In this document: piece after piece, positions 13,120-25,083 of the stretch
Layout of the letters: each line of letters begins with the position of its first letter
Numbering within the stretch: position 1 is the stretch's first letter
Assembly: GCA_037379345.1 (NCBI GenBank)
Contig: CM074520.1
Coordinates: 16,657,488-16,721,487 of the forward strand
Direction: 5' to 3'
Length of the DNA stretch: 64,000 bases
From: Perna viridis
Lineage: Eukaryota
Made by a program: the position numbers and the translations under genes
The notes under the pieces: generated by a model
What the model was told of the DNA's origin: nothing
The model's database searches: none
Seen by the model: only the letters and a program-made list of their open reading frames with translations

Positions 13120-13980
13120 GCAGAATTTCAAAGAAGGCAGTTGAAGTCATCATCTCATCATGGAGACACTGACAGTATGAATATTCATAGAAGAAATATG
13201 TACTTGGTGCAGTAGACGGCGTCTTAATCCTTTTTGTCCGATTGAAAAGGATGTGATTGATTTTTTTTATATTTTCTTCAGTCTGAAAAACGTTATTATT
13301 ATGTTATAAAAACCGCTAAGTCTATGCTTTGGCAGACTTTGCCATTTTTTGGACTGGACGTATGTAATTCTCGTTTTATTGAACGTATGATGAAAGGATG
13401 TTTTAATTTAAATCCGACAAGAGCGCGGTGTTTTTCATTGGGATATCGGATATGTATTTAATGTTTTAGCTTAACTTCATCCTTTATGGAAGTTTGTCAT
13501 TGAAAATGTTAACATTGAAATTAATTACTTTGGTTGCTTGGACAACAGCAGGACGTGCGCAGACACTCTGCATTAGATTTAAATAACATGAAAAAGGTGG
13601 AAATTAGGTTGTTTTTGCCATTGGTCAGTAATTGAAAAACTTCAAAGTCAGGAAAGAGTTCTACTCTTGCAATTTTACAAACATTTGAGAAGAACTCTGT
13701 GTACTTAACACTTTGTTATATTACATTAAAGTATCGATGAACCTCCAGAAGTCATCAATGCTTTTTTTATATCTTATATTTTATATCAAATTGTAACAAC
13801 ATCAACTTTATCAAGATGGATAATGACTGTTCTTGTATGTCTGGGATTGATACGAGAATTTTCAAGGCTCATTCTGTGCGTGGTGCATCAACTTCTTCTA
13901 CCTCCATAGCTGGTTGTTCCGCCTAGGATATCTTGTGCACTGATAACTGGTCAAATGCTAAAACTTTTCATACATACATA
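13120..13980 (+). pseudogene. DIRS tyrosine recombinase remnant
   Basis: IISSWR, RMMKGCFN, WDI, LTLKL..L.A.T.AGR, AHSVRGASTS and NWSNAKTF motifs, with stops and frameshifts. Confidence 0.75.
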
Positions 13981-14329
13981 AAGTCATTGATGGAAATAGT
14001 GATTCTCCTAGTATTGTAGTGAATGAAGTGTAAAAGTTTGTAATAAACTATGTTTTTCTTTTTATTTCTGATTTGTCTTTGGATTCAAAGTTGTGTCAAC
14101 TCTTCAAACAAGCTATGTAATTACGTAACAATGAAGGCGAATATTATTAAGAATGTTCCCTCATCCAAACATCAATTGATGTGCACCAAAAGATAATGTT
14201 TTATTAGATGAATAATGGAAGTGTTATATCTAAAATTAGTATACATGTAGTAGCATTCTTGAACAATGTAAAGATTACCGAGAATTACTATATATAGGTG
14301 GTTTGATATCAGAACAGACAAAAATGAAC

Positions 14330-15130
14330 TGATACGTGAGCTGAAACGTTAAAAAGCTCCAGGGCAGGAAAAGGTTGAGAAAGAACACTTCAAATATAGT
14401 GGGCAATCCGTTGTCAGAGTTTTGTGTGCGTTATGTAATCAAATTGTGAACGTCGGCAAAGTTCCAACTAAATAGATACTGTTCTTGATTGTATCTGTAT
14501 ATAAAGCGGAAACAAGTAAAGATCGTTAAAGACCAGCAAGTCTCTTGTACTCGGATACTTTTTGAAAATGTTAAAAACATGCAATAACAATTTGGTATGT
14601 TATGTGTAATTATAGTTGCTGTCCTACCTTGGCAGATGACATCTCTTGCAGCAGCACATCTCCGGTTCGCTACTTGTATGGATCATTCTAGCAAATGGCG
14701 CTTTCAAATCAATGCTCTTAAATCGATCGTAGTTCATTTTTCAAAGAATCCGAGGGAAAGTAAAGCAGAATTTAGTAGAGTGATCGATAACAAGTATGTC
14801 TCGATAGATGACAATTTTGTGCACGTTGGTGTGGAGTCGAATTCTAAATTGAATTCAGCTATAAGGACTGGGAGCATGTGCAGAAAAGGTCGTTTCGTCT
14901 TTTTCGGACAGCGGAAGCAAGTCTAGGGAAACTACCCTCTGTGTATTATTGCACCTTTATAAAACTGTTGTTTTACGGACCGCTTTGTACGTGTTTGAGA
15001 TGTGGGCTAACCTTAAATCTGCCGACTCAATTAATTTTAACATTTTATAGTTTTAAGCAAATACTCAACTAAAAGGCAAGCACATGGTCAGATATGTACC
15101 AATATTTTGGTTGGACTTTTCCCAATTGCG
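14330..15130 (+). mobile_element. Highly degenerate non-LTR (LINE) RT fragment
   Basis: KAPGQ...EHFKY and KWRFQINALKSIVVHF...VHVGV motifs of LINE ORF2. Confidence 0.55.
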
Positions 15131-15576
15131 TAAGCAATGTTTCATTCATTGACGATCGTTATTGTTTTCATAAGTGATGGCGCTCGTGGCGAGTGGTACC
15201 GTGTACGTGTGAACGTGATTTTTACGGAATATAATATAACTTTTCTAAAACATAATGTTTTAATATTTTTATTTATAAATGTGATGTTCATTCACGCTAG
15301 TGAAATGAATGGAAACAGCTGATACTCAACAGTTACATGAGTTAAGGTGAGCAGTAATTTACACCCACACAAGTCACGCTCAAAAGGTCGCGTGCTTCTC
15401 ATATAGCAATTGAAAATCAACCAGAGTTGTGGTCTCAAAGCCTTTTAATACGTCATATTAGTAGATATGCAAAAAAATCACAACAATAAGCTTGTGTTTA
15501 GATATGTTTGAAATCGACCCAGGTTCTTTACTTTTATCTTATCCCTATTTTTGAAATTTGACGATTATTACATAAT

Positions 15577-15610
15577 ACAGAGCTGCGCTTTAAGCGCATG
15601 ATACACCCGT

Positions 15611-15647
<37 letters not shown>

Positions 15648-16013
15648 AGTAGGTGAAAGTGTTTTTGAGTTATAGTCCGAAAACTTGAAAATCCTCTTTT
15701 TTAGTATAAGAAATTCATAACACGGAACGAAAAATTCGATATTTATAAAACCCGAAAAGGAGCTTATGTCAATAGATATATAGACAATTCACTTTAATTT
15801 CATAAAAGTTGGTGACAGTGTTTTTGAGTTACGAAAAATCTTAAATTTATAAAAATCGAAAGGGAGCTTACGTCAATAGATATGAACAATTCAGCAAAGT
15901 TTTATAAAAGTTGGTGAAAGTGTTTTTGAGTTAGCGTCCAAAGTGTTGACGACGGACGGACGGACAATGGTATACCATAATACGTAACGTCTTAATAGAC
16001 GGGGGTATGAAAA
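15577..16013 (+). mobile_element. HINE/DINE-like non-autonomous Helentron element
   Basis: 5' hairpin gcgctttaagcgc, internal repeats (ggtgaaagtgtttttgagtta x3), a (gacg)n microsatellite and a 3' stem cgtc...gacggg. Confidence 0.6.
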
Positions 16014-17749
16014 TTAAAACAGTAGATATAAATTGATTCAGTACATGAATACTTTGATTATTATAAATTAGTTAGAAATACTACCTGAATTCATTATTTG
16101 TTTTCTCTTCCTTTGCCTAGTTACAACAATTTTTGTTCCTTTTTTGCACTTATCAATTCATACATTATAGTTATAAAAACATTTCTATTTCTTTCATGTA
16201 TTGAATCTCTGCAATAAAGGAAATAATAACAGATAATTTATGAATGAACGAATGCTTCATGTAAATTGTAAAAAAAATATCCCTTATTGTCTGTCTGTCT
16301 GTCTGTCATACTAAAAAGTATTAGATGCGGGAATGTAGCATTTTTTCACGATGATAATACTTGTTTGGTTAAAATCCTTTCCAGATATCTGTTTGTTCAT
16401 CAAGCATCTGACGGTTTTCGAGTAAAAATGATAATGGGTTCCCCCTCCAAAAAAAAAAAAAAAAAAAAGAATGATGCAGAATCCTAATTATTTTCTTAAA
16501 ATAAACAAAAGAGAAGATAAATATGAAAAAATAACCAATTGGGTAATTGCCAAGGAATTTTCACGAAACAGAATATTTTTTCCAAAAAGAATGTTTACCC
16601 ACAGACATATATGTATGCAGTTTATAAACCAATTAATGTAGAATGTAGCCATGAAAAAAATATATTTTGTTGTTACTGTGCCCCCCCCCCCTAGTTTTTG
16701 TGAAAGAGTATAAATATTGGGAATTTCTAAACGATGTTTCCCCTGTGTCCCTGCATGTATATATTATACTGTCAGTACAGGTATATGGGCACAGGTACAT
16801 CGTGATAATTCTTTTAGCTTATATTTCTAGTGTACTCTGCTGGGTATGAAAATAAGATAAATTTTTTTTCGCTTACATAAGTCAACTAAACATACAGAAA
16901 AGTAATAACAAAGAAATTTAAGAATTTTTGAAGACAACAATAATACGTTTTTCTGTGGTCGTACGAAACAACAAATACAATGAATATAGGACATCTGAAG
17001 GAACATTTAATGATACTCTGCCACGTACTAATCTCCTATAAAAGGATGGCACTAAATTCTCAAGTTTGAAAATTGAAGAAACTTAATCCATTTTTTTTCA
17101 ATGTGCATCAAAGCAGGGGTTTATTTGAAATTAAAACAAAGAAACTCAAATTAACTGGACAACATTAAGAAATTAACTAAACATTGCAATAACGTTTATA
17201 TAATATTTCAGATGATCCTGAAACTCGAACTTGATCTGTATGTCATGGCATTTAACAACTCTGAAAAGTTTGAAAAAGATCCATCAAATGAATGCGTTTT
17301 TAAGTTATGATATAAATGACGTTGGGTACGTACGGACACCGAGCTTTTCGGAGGGCATCATGTATCTCGCAGCTACATGTACAATGTAGGTTGGAGATGA
17401 AACACACTAGACTTTCATGTGTTTTGATAATGCTAATGAAAATAATTTTCACCACTTACCATGAGGCGCTTTTATTCTGAAAACGCTCTGTTGAACAAAG
17501 GCTTAATAATGCATGTACATGTACATAAAATATACCAATACATGAGCAAACAAGAACAGAATATAAAAAAGTACAATCTACTTCTTTAAATACTATTAAA
17601 GCCAATAAGAAAACAGTTAATAATAATGATTTAACATGTACCTTTTTAGAGAAACAAACTTTAAATCACAGGGTACAAACAGATACATAGAACAAAAAGA
17701 AAACAACTTCAGAGAGGGATTAACAAGTTACAATGTTTATTCTTGTTGC

Positions 17750-18150
17750 TTCTGATTTTATATTTTAGTTACTTTATGTTCTTTATGGTGTGTATCTGTT
17801 TTCCATGTCTGGTCTTTGTCTCTGGATTACATTCTTTAGATTATATCTATAATCATGGTTCCCCTGATTACTCCTTATCAAATTAAAGCAATAATGATAT
17901 ATATACATCAGTATCTGTAATTGATATGGTAACTTAATGTCATAGATTTCCTTTCCTCGTTTGTCTACCCTGGACTTGACTTTCTATCAGCAGCTCGACG
18001 GGTGTTTCTAGAAAAGCAGAGGACACTTACCCTGCCGGTGCACCTGGTCCATGCTCCCAGTGTTTAGTGGAGTCCGAGTTGCTCATTTGCTTTTGGTACT
18101 TTGTATGTATTATTTTATTTACTTTATGTGCTTTGTTGTGTATGTTTAAT
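17750..18150 (+). mobile_element. Two short 3'-end fragments of the same Penelope/Naiad-like family
   Basis: 17750-17873 ends in cccctgattactc. 17944-18150 carries the structured 3' UTR (tttctagaaaagcagaggac.cttaccct.ccggtgcacctggtccatgc). Confidence 0.75.
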
Positions 18151-19219
18151 TTGTAATCCATGTCGAGGGCCCTTTTTTCTCATAAAACATTTATAAATAT
18201 TGCAGTGTAGCCTATGTCATCCTTCCTGTTTTTCACACACACGTGCGCGCGCGCGCACACACACAAACACGATGTCGGACAGTCATGGCGAAATTGATTT
18301 CCCCTTACATGTTGAAGCAAAGAATTAAATATAACCTTTTATAAATCCATGGATCAATTAAAAAAATCTCAACATATTTTTGCTCTTCCCTCAGACAAAT
18401 TTTGCAACGACATTTTTTGTCCGAAAATATATAAACAATGAATAAATAAGAACACACAGATATTCAACTCTCTTCATTTAGTAGTATAGATTTTCCACGG
18501 TAATTTACGGTAATTCAATTTTTTTATATGGGGATATTCTTGCATTTATAAGCTGTAATTTTCGAAAATGTCCCGTTGCCTATACATGTAGATACGCCAT
18601 ACCTCGTTACGTATAACTATAATACATATGGATATTCTTCGCTATATGAACACATTTTATGTTAACTATACATTAATTATATAAAATATTGTAGCACCCT
18701 TTCTTTCATGCTAATCTTTTTATAAATGCAGCAGCTATTGCAGTCTACATGAAAAGCATCAGGTTGCGAACTTAATTGGAACCAATTAATTTAATTAACA
18801 AAGCATTTAAATACATGTCTTTCATACTGACAGTTGAAATATATTTTTACAAAAACTAATATTTGTTTTATTTCTATAATAATTTTTAGAATTATAACAA
18901 GATGAATACTTCTAAATATATATTCTTATTCGACTCTTTATGAAAATGGCCAATGTCTAAATCTAAAGTCTTCGTTTGTCACTTTTCTCTTATTATTCAA
19001 CATTGAATACTGATTTTAAAAATCGTTGGTGTCACTCTACCCACTATATAGAGGGTACCGTAGTAAAAGTCGGTATATTAGAAATTGAAACAGAATACAC
19101 ATGCAACTCACGACAATTAGAAAACTCGATGTGCATGTACGTCATTTCAATTTCACGTGTATCATACCAAACTGTAGATATCTAAACTAAAATGCTTAAT
19201 CTAAAACACAGTAATGTTT

Positions 19220-20160
19220 GCAACAGTCTCAAATAAAATGCTTTGCGTGACGCAGCTTAATACGACCACAGATGTCGAACCATGAACAGTTGGGGCAAGT
19301 ATGGACACACCATTCACAGTTGATACAGCTTTGAAGTTTGATTATGATTAGAAATACAAGACACAATATATGAATTTGACCAGAATCGAGTGGTTACTTT
19401 TTGGCCCCTTATCAGAAATGGTTGCAATCTACCTCCAAAATCAATCCAAACCTTCTATTTTGACATGGCATTTGGTGGTACAATATAAAAGCGATTAATT
19501 TTCGTATTCTCACATTATTATCCTTCTGTGACCCTTACTCTTATCTGGCTCAAGTCACAACCCCCAAAAATCCTTTGGTGGCATGGCACCTTGTAATAAA
19601 ATTCATATGAGATTCATTCACTTTTGTTCATTTAATGTCATAGGGAAAATGCTGGTTTCGTGTCCCTTTTTGGCCCCTTAATTCCCAAAAGGTCAAGTCT
19701 TAATCCCAAAATCAATCCAAGCCTCCCTTTGGTTGTGCGGCACTTTGAAATACAAATTCACGAACTGTCTTTTCTGGACATCAGGAAAATGCATGTTTCT
19801 ATCCCCGCACACCCCCTCATTTGGCCTCTTATTTCTAATATGCTCAAGTCTTAACCTCCAAACTCGATACCAGTCCGACCTTTGTGATACAGAATATTGT
19901 GAAACAATATCATAGGCATTCCTATGCTTTTAATAGTTATATAGTTAAATTCTTTGAAATGCTTGTTTTTGGCTTTTAATTCTACAACGGTTGTGCCATA
20001 ACGCCCAAAAAGTAATACGAACCTTCATGTTGTGGTTCGGAAAATTGTTTCAAAATTGTATTATGATCAACCAACTAATATTCAAGTTATCACACAAAAA
20101 CCACGTGTCTACGGACGACGATTACAGCGCCATACAATTGTTTACGACCGCATTTTTTTT
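19220..20160 (+). mobile_element. HINE-like repeat with internal ~150-170 bp units, abutting the DUF229 3' end
   Basis: Recurring tttttggcccctta...aaaatcaatccaa units and a gacgacg microsatellite near the end. The head sequence is recalled as a common mussel repeat. Confidence 0.55.
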
Positions 20161-20198
20161 AAACGACATAAGGACTTATTTGTGCTACATGTACCTTG

Positions 20199-22115
20199 TC
20201 ATTTACAATAACAAATTTTCTTAAAATCAATACCATCAATGCAATGAGAAGTTTTGCCGTACATATTTATACGACTAATGTCTCCAACCCTTCTGACAGA
20301 CTTGCTTGCCTCCGAGTATTCCATTGTTACTTCAAAAACACCATCCCCTGGGGTAGTTTGTACCACAATTTGGTAGAACACATTTGTTTGGACTTTTTTT
20401 TCCAATTTGATTTCAGACTTTTCTTTTTTGTTTGAAGTCTCGTTGTATTTCAAAAGATGATTCGGGGGTAAAAACTTGGTAGCTGATTTAACAGATTTTA
20501 TTTCTAGCTGGTTGCATTGAGTGTGATTGAGGAGTTGTTTGTTGATGCTTTCGACAAATGATTTGGCGATCCGTTTAACAAACTTGCTTTTCAAATCTAA
20601 AACGGTTTCTTCATTAAAGCATGTACACCAATGAGGAAGAATGCCAGCTTGTACGCAGGTTCGTTCGGTTGGAATAGGACTAAATAAACTCTGGCTCCGT
20701 CCAAATGAATCATCTTTGTATTTTGTAATGTTCAGAAGATGAACCAAAGTTTTGTATATATCGAATGGTGTCACCAGCCGCTCTCTGTTGATTTTCAAAC
20801 TATCGAAAAACTGTTTATATTTATATTTAAACCATTGAGGAACAACAATAAACAAAAATGGTAATCTCTCTTCTATTTTCCCTATATGTGTTTGACGAAA
20901 GTTACCAAACCTTATCCCATGGTCACTGAAAAATATCAAAAATGTGTTTTTCATGTAAGACCCTTCGTGTATGTCCTTGAGAAATTCAAGATACAAATCG
21001 TCAGCTGCATATGCATTTTTTAAGCGTGTGTGTGTTAATCGTGTATTGAAGGTAAATGCAAAAAATGGTGAATTCGTAAATGTTTTTACAAATTGTTTTG
21101 TGTAATCTAACGTTATCTTTGCTTCAGGTCTAGCATGCACACAATGGTGGTTGGTATTCCATATGTCTTTCATATGTTCTAATGCAACCGAGTAAGGTCG
21201 ATCATAATAATCTGCTACAGGTTTGCTAAATCCTGCCCTGTTGTAGTGGAACATTTGAATACCTGGATCATCCTCGCTGTATAGTGTTCGGTATCCATAA
21301 TCTGAAAAGTTGTTCCAAATAAAGTTAAATTTATCAAATGTTACGTGTTTCATACTCATATTCCATGGAAGTTCGTGCACAAACTTTCCAGTTGTCATAG
21401 GGACGAGGTTAAAAAACGTATTATCTGCAACTTTATTGTACCCAACGTATTCAAACGCATTCATTTTTCGTTGAAGATATTTCCGTGTTTTTGGCATGTA
21501 CCGAATCATGTTGTTTCGAGAGACAGAATCGATACCGACCATTAATACGCTGATATGCTCCAGAGAATGCTTCAACTGCTTAAAAGATTTCTTGCAACGC
21601 TTTTCCACAGAGGTCTTCTTATGTATAAAAGAAAATGCATTCCTATAAACTGATAAGTTATGGTTGTTGTAACAAGTAACTTTAATGAAGTCGTCGCTTA
21701 TTGTCTGTCGGTCTGTGAATGGTTCGCTTTGATTACAGGTTACATAGTAATTATGGTGAGTGGCGACATCAGTTGGTCTCCATATCACTTCGTACCTACA
21801 GTATTTTATACCATGTCGAAGAGCTATATTTCGATTTATTATTAGTCTATTGCCTACTGTGTAAACTATGTCTTCCTTGACCGCACATTCAAGCTTCTTT
21901 CCTTTCAAAAGAAATCTCCTGACACTTATGTGGAACGGATCAACTTTTGATATTTTACATCCTACAGTATCCAGTAAAAGATTTTGACTTGACTTTCGTT
22001 CCACAGTATTTTGAAGATTGAAATGTTGTAACCTGAGCATGTAGATGTTTACACAGATAGAATAACTGCCAATAAGTATAAACAGAATACATGTTACTTT
22101 TGCATAGGACTGCAT
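20199..22115 (-). CDS. DUF229 family protein (alkaline phosphatase/sulfatase-like superfamily), 638 aa, N-terminal membrane anchor, intronless CDS
   Basis: Long intact ORF with hydrophobic N-terminus VTCILFILIGSYSICVNIY. Family motifs VLMVGIDSVSR, GYNKVADNTFFN, FLIFFSDHGIRFG.FRQT.IGKIEERLP, N.ERLVTPFDIY, RTC..AGI.PHWC.C and C-terminal CYC. Confidence 0.9.
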   Translation of the reverse strand: MQSYAKVTCILFILIGSYSICVNIYMLRLQHFNLQNTVERKSSQNLLLDTVGCKISKVDPFHISVRRFLLKGKKLECAVKEDIVYTVGNRLIINRNIALRHGIKYCRYEVIWRPTDVATHHNYYVTCNQSEPFTDRQTISDDFIKVTCYNNHNLSVYRNAFSFIHKKTSVEKRCKKSFKQLKHSLEHISVLMVGIDSVSRNNMIRYMPKTRKYLQRKMNAFEYVGYNKVADNTFFNLVPMTTGKFVHELPWNMSMKHVTFDKFNFIWNNFSDYGYRTLYSEDDPGIQMFHYNRAGFSKPVADYYDRPYSVALEHMKDIWNTNHHCVHARPEAKITLDYTKQFVKTFTNSPFFAFTFNTRLTHTRLKNAYAADDLYLEFLKDIHEGSYMKNTFLIFFSDHGIRFGNFRQTHIGKIEERLPFLFIVVPQWFKYKYKQFFDSLKINRERLVTPFDIYKTLVHLLNITKYKDDSFGRSQSLFSPIPTERTCVQAGILPHWCTCFNEETVLDLKSKFVKRIAKSFVESINKQLLNHTQCNQLEIKSVKSATKFLPPNHLLKYNETSNKKEKSEIKLEKKVQTNVFYQIVVQTTPGDGVFEVTMEYSEASKSVRRVGDISRINMYGKTSHCIDGIDFKKICYCK

Positions 22116-22192
22116 ATCATAAAAATGAAAGTCAATTTTTATTCTGTTTGTATGAAGTTCTTGTCAATTACGTCGCTTTGTCGAATAAAGAG

Positions 22193-24322
22193 CTACAAAA
22201 AATAAAGTATTTTAGTGTCAGTCTCTGTTAGAATCAGGCAATGGGTGATAGATACATGGTATGGGAAAAAAACATCATTGTGAAAATTTTATTTGACTAT
22301 GTGAACCATCAGAATCAAGGGAAAAAGACAAGAATATCCATATCATGTTGGTGCTTTGAGTTATATTTTCATAGAAAGGGCAGATAACTCTGTCAAACAT
22401 CTCATTTTTCTAACAATCTATTGAAAATTTCTGAGAAAATCCAGTGATGCAGAGATCAAATAATGGTCTTTTCAAAAAGAGAAAGCATCGTTGAGTGAAA
22501 TAATGAATGGTTAGGTTATGACATGCATGTTTCTGATTTTTTTCCCATTTTGCCCGATTCTTACGAACACTGATACTTAAAAATGCTCTCAAAAACCATC
22601 AAAGATGATCATGAGCAAACATGTACATGGAGTTGTAACTTGATCTGCCATGACATTTAACTTGATCACCTGAATTCAATTTCCATTAATTTTGATGGAC
22701 TACAGCCAAACATCATTGCATGTCTTCAGTGAGTATATAAAGGCAAGTGAAATCATGGTCAAATAGGACAGGTAGTCTTTCTATACAAGATTAATTGACA
22801 TAGAATGCAATACCTTTTTACAGACGAATTTAATTCTACCATCTCAGCCAAGAAGAGCCGGCTCTATGATAGTTCTAAAAGTGTCATATAATTTTTCTAG
22901 AGCCAGCACGTCTGACAGTTCTAGTAGACCGGATCTAATTCTGTTGTCGTAAATACACAATTCAATTCGTCTATTTATCTAATATTTAAAAAGTTTCGAT
23001 TTTGTCGAAACCTCCAATTGTGGGCTATATTTGTCTTACATTTACATGCGTAGCGATATTGTAGGCAAACGATCGTAAAATTCATCATTTTTATTGGATT
23101 GCAACGATTTTTATGTTCTTTTCCTTTGTCGAACAACTCGCAATTTAACCGATTTGAATAATTTCTATTCTTCAATTCCAGAATGTATCAAGAATGTGAA
23201 ACCAGCCTAAAAATCTTTAAGATATGAACAAACTCCAACTCAAAACGGTGTTTGAAAACCTCAAATACAGGAACAAAAAGTAAATATACACTGTTTGTGT
23301 ATCAGTTTGTGACCATACTTTTAACATTTCACTGTTTGTGTATCAGTTTGTGACCATACGTTTAACATTTCACTGTTTTTGTATCAGTTTGTGACCATAC
23401 TTTTAACATTTCACTGTTTGTGTATCAGTTTGTGACCATACTTTTAACATTTCACTGTTTTTGTATCAGTTTGTGACCATACGTTTAACATTTCATTGTT
23501 TTTGTATCAGTTTGTGACCATACTTTTAACATTTCACTGTTGGTGTACCAGTTATTGACCATACTTTTAACATTTCACTGTTATTGTATCAGTTTGTAAC
23601 CATACTTTTAACACGAAAGGCAAAATATGTGCTAAAATCTGTGAAATATCTTAAAATGTTGTTGATAGAAGATCTAAATATGTAAAAATACCCATATAAA
23701 ATAAATATACAAGTTCTGAGTATCTTTGATAACTGTGGACACTTTCCTTCTGTGCGAAAACCTCAAAATTAGATGAAAAGCTATAAAATGAATGCATTTT
23801 GGCCTATTTTATTAATTTTTCGTGGTGCTAGAACTCTAAAAGGGTTTGGAAAACTCAAATATGGGAACAAAAGTTAATATTCATTGTTTTGTTTTTATTT
23901 TTGTTCTTTTTGTTTTTGTTTTGTTTTTGTTTCGTTTTGTTTAGGTTTTTTTGTGCATCAGTTTGTTTGCATACTTTTGACATTAAAAGCAAAAATAAGT
24001 GCTGAAATTGTGAAACATTTTAAAATATCCTTGTTATAAGAACTAAATATGAAAAATTACCCATAGAATATTCAAAAAATTATATCAGATCCATAATATT
24101 TTTGGTGATAAAAAAATCCTGGTCACAAGGGCCTGTGGTTACCTGATTCAGAAAATCATACAAACTCATAATTTGGAATCACGTGCAACGATGGAGTAAT
24201 CGATTATTTATATATAAAGTTTCAGCAACTAAAATTCTGAAATGATAATTATTATCATACGTCTTACCATCCGATACATGCTTTAGTTATATTTCTACAA
24301 ACCTTCAAGTTTTGCTTATATA
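22193..24322 (-). promoter_or_regulatory. Putative TATA box, short 5' exon and first intron of the DUF229 gene
   Basis: Minus strand: TATATAAG at 24322-24315, donor ATG|GTAAGA at 24268/24267, and polypyrimidine acceptor ttttttgtag at 22193/22192, 77 nt upstream of the ATG. Confidence 0.45.
23289..23613. repeat. 41-bp minisatellite, ~8 copies
   Basis: Unit cactgtttgtgtatcagtttgtgaccatacttttaacattt, with starts at 23289, 23330 and so on. Confidence 0.95.
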
Positions 24323-25083
24323 ACCACGCCTTTTAACGGTGCGTTTGATTTCTCTTTTATCGCAGGTGTTCTATTTTTGTTTACAGTTTATCCATATCAA
24401 TAGACGGTTACACTCCGTCTCTCGAAAATTGTTTATGATATGTTTTATCAATGTCACATCATAAATAGGCACCCCTTTCATTACTGAATATGTCACATTT
24501 CAACACTACAGAGTATTAAATTATAAACTGATCATTTTTTCAAATAGTATATGGCGAATTCGTGGAAATGCAGTGACGGATCCTTAGGGTGTGTGCAGGG
24601 GGTTAGCATCACACTTTTATTCGAAATTTTGTCATTTTCAAGTGTAAAATTGACAAAAATGGGCAAATAATGTTCTAGCACCCCCTTTTCTGAGGAATCT
24701 CGGCTGGTACCCCTTTTCAAAATATGTGTAACCGGCCCTGAAATGGTAAGGATAGAACTCTTTGTTAGGATCGTAATCTTTAAAAAAGCGATTTTTTTGT
24801 TAAAACTAAATGGTTATAATGCCTATCTTTTGGACAACACTAACACGGAACCGGCAAAAAAAAAATAAAAAAAAAGAAATAAAAAAAGAAATAAAAAAAA
24901 AAAAACAAACAGACAAAAATATGTTTTCTTCTTCGGATTATTACAACTAATATTCTTGTTAATCCGTTAATGTAGACAAAATACGATTAAAAAAGAGACT
25001 TAGTTTTTGCAAAATGAGTTTATTGTGTAGGCTATTCAAAACATAGAGACATTTAAAATAATCCATAAAATTGTGTTGATTTT

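Larger units (their letters stand above)
9440..14150 (+). mobile_element. DIRS-type tyrosine-recombinase retrotransposon, degenerate, with inverted terminal repeats
   Basis: ITRs at 9440-9479 and 14111-14150 match 36/40 as reverse complements. Gag-like ORFs lie at 10173-11185. RT remnants include KNDGSLRPVINMKNLN, LTDAYFSI and FGLASTPRV. YR remnants include LTLKLITLVAWTTAGRAQTL and FKAHSVRGASTS. Confidence 0.85.
19000..25040 (-). repeat. Inverted segmental duplication, arm 1 (contains the intact DUF229 gene)
   Basis: Colinear reverse-complement similarity to ~57410-63745, from gaatactgattttaaaaatc..tggtgtcactcta through ttattgtgtaggct.ttc. Confidence 0.9.
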
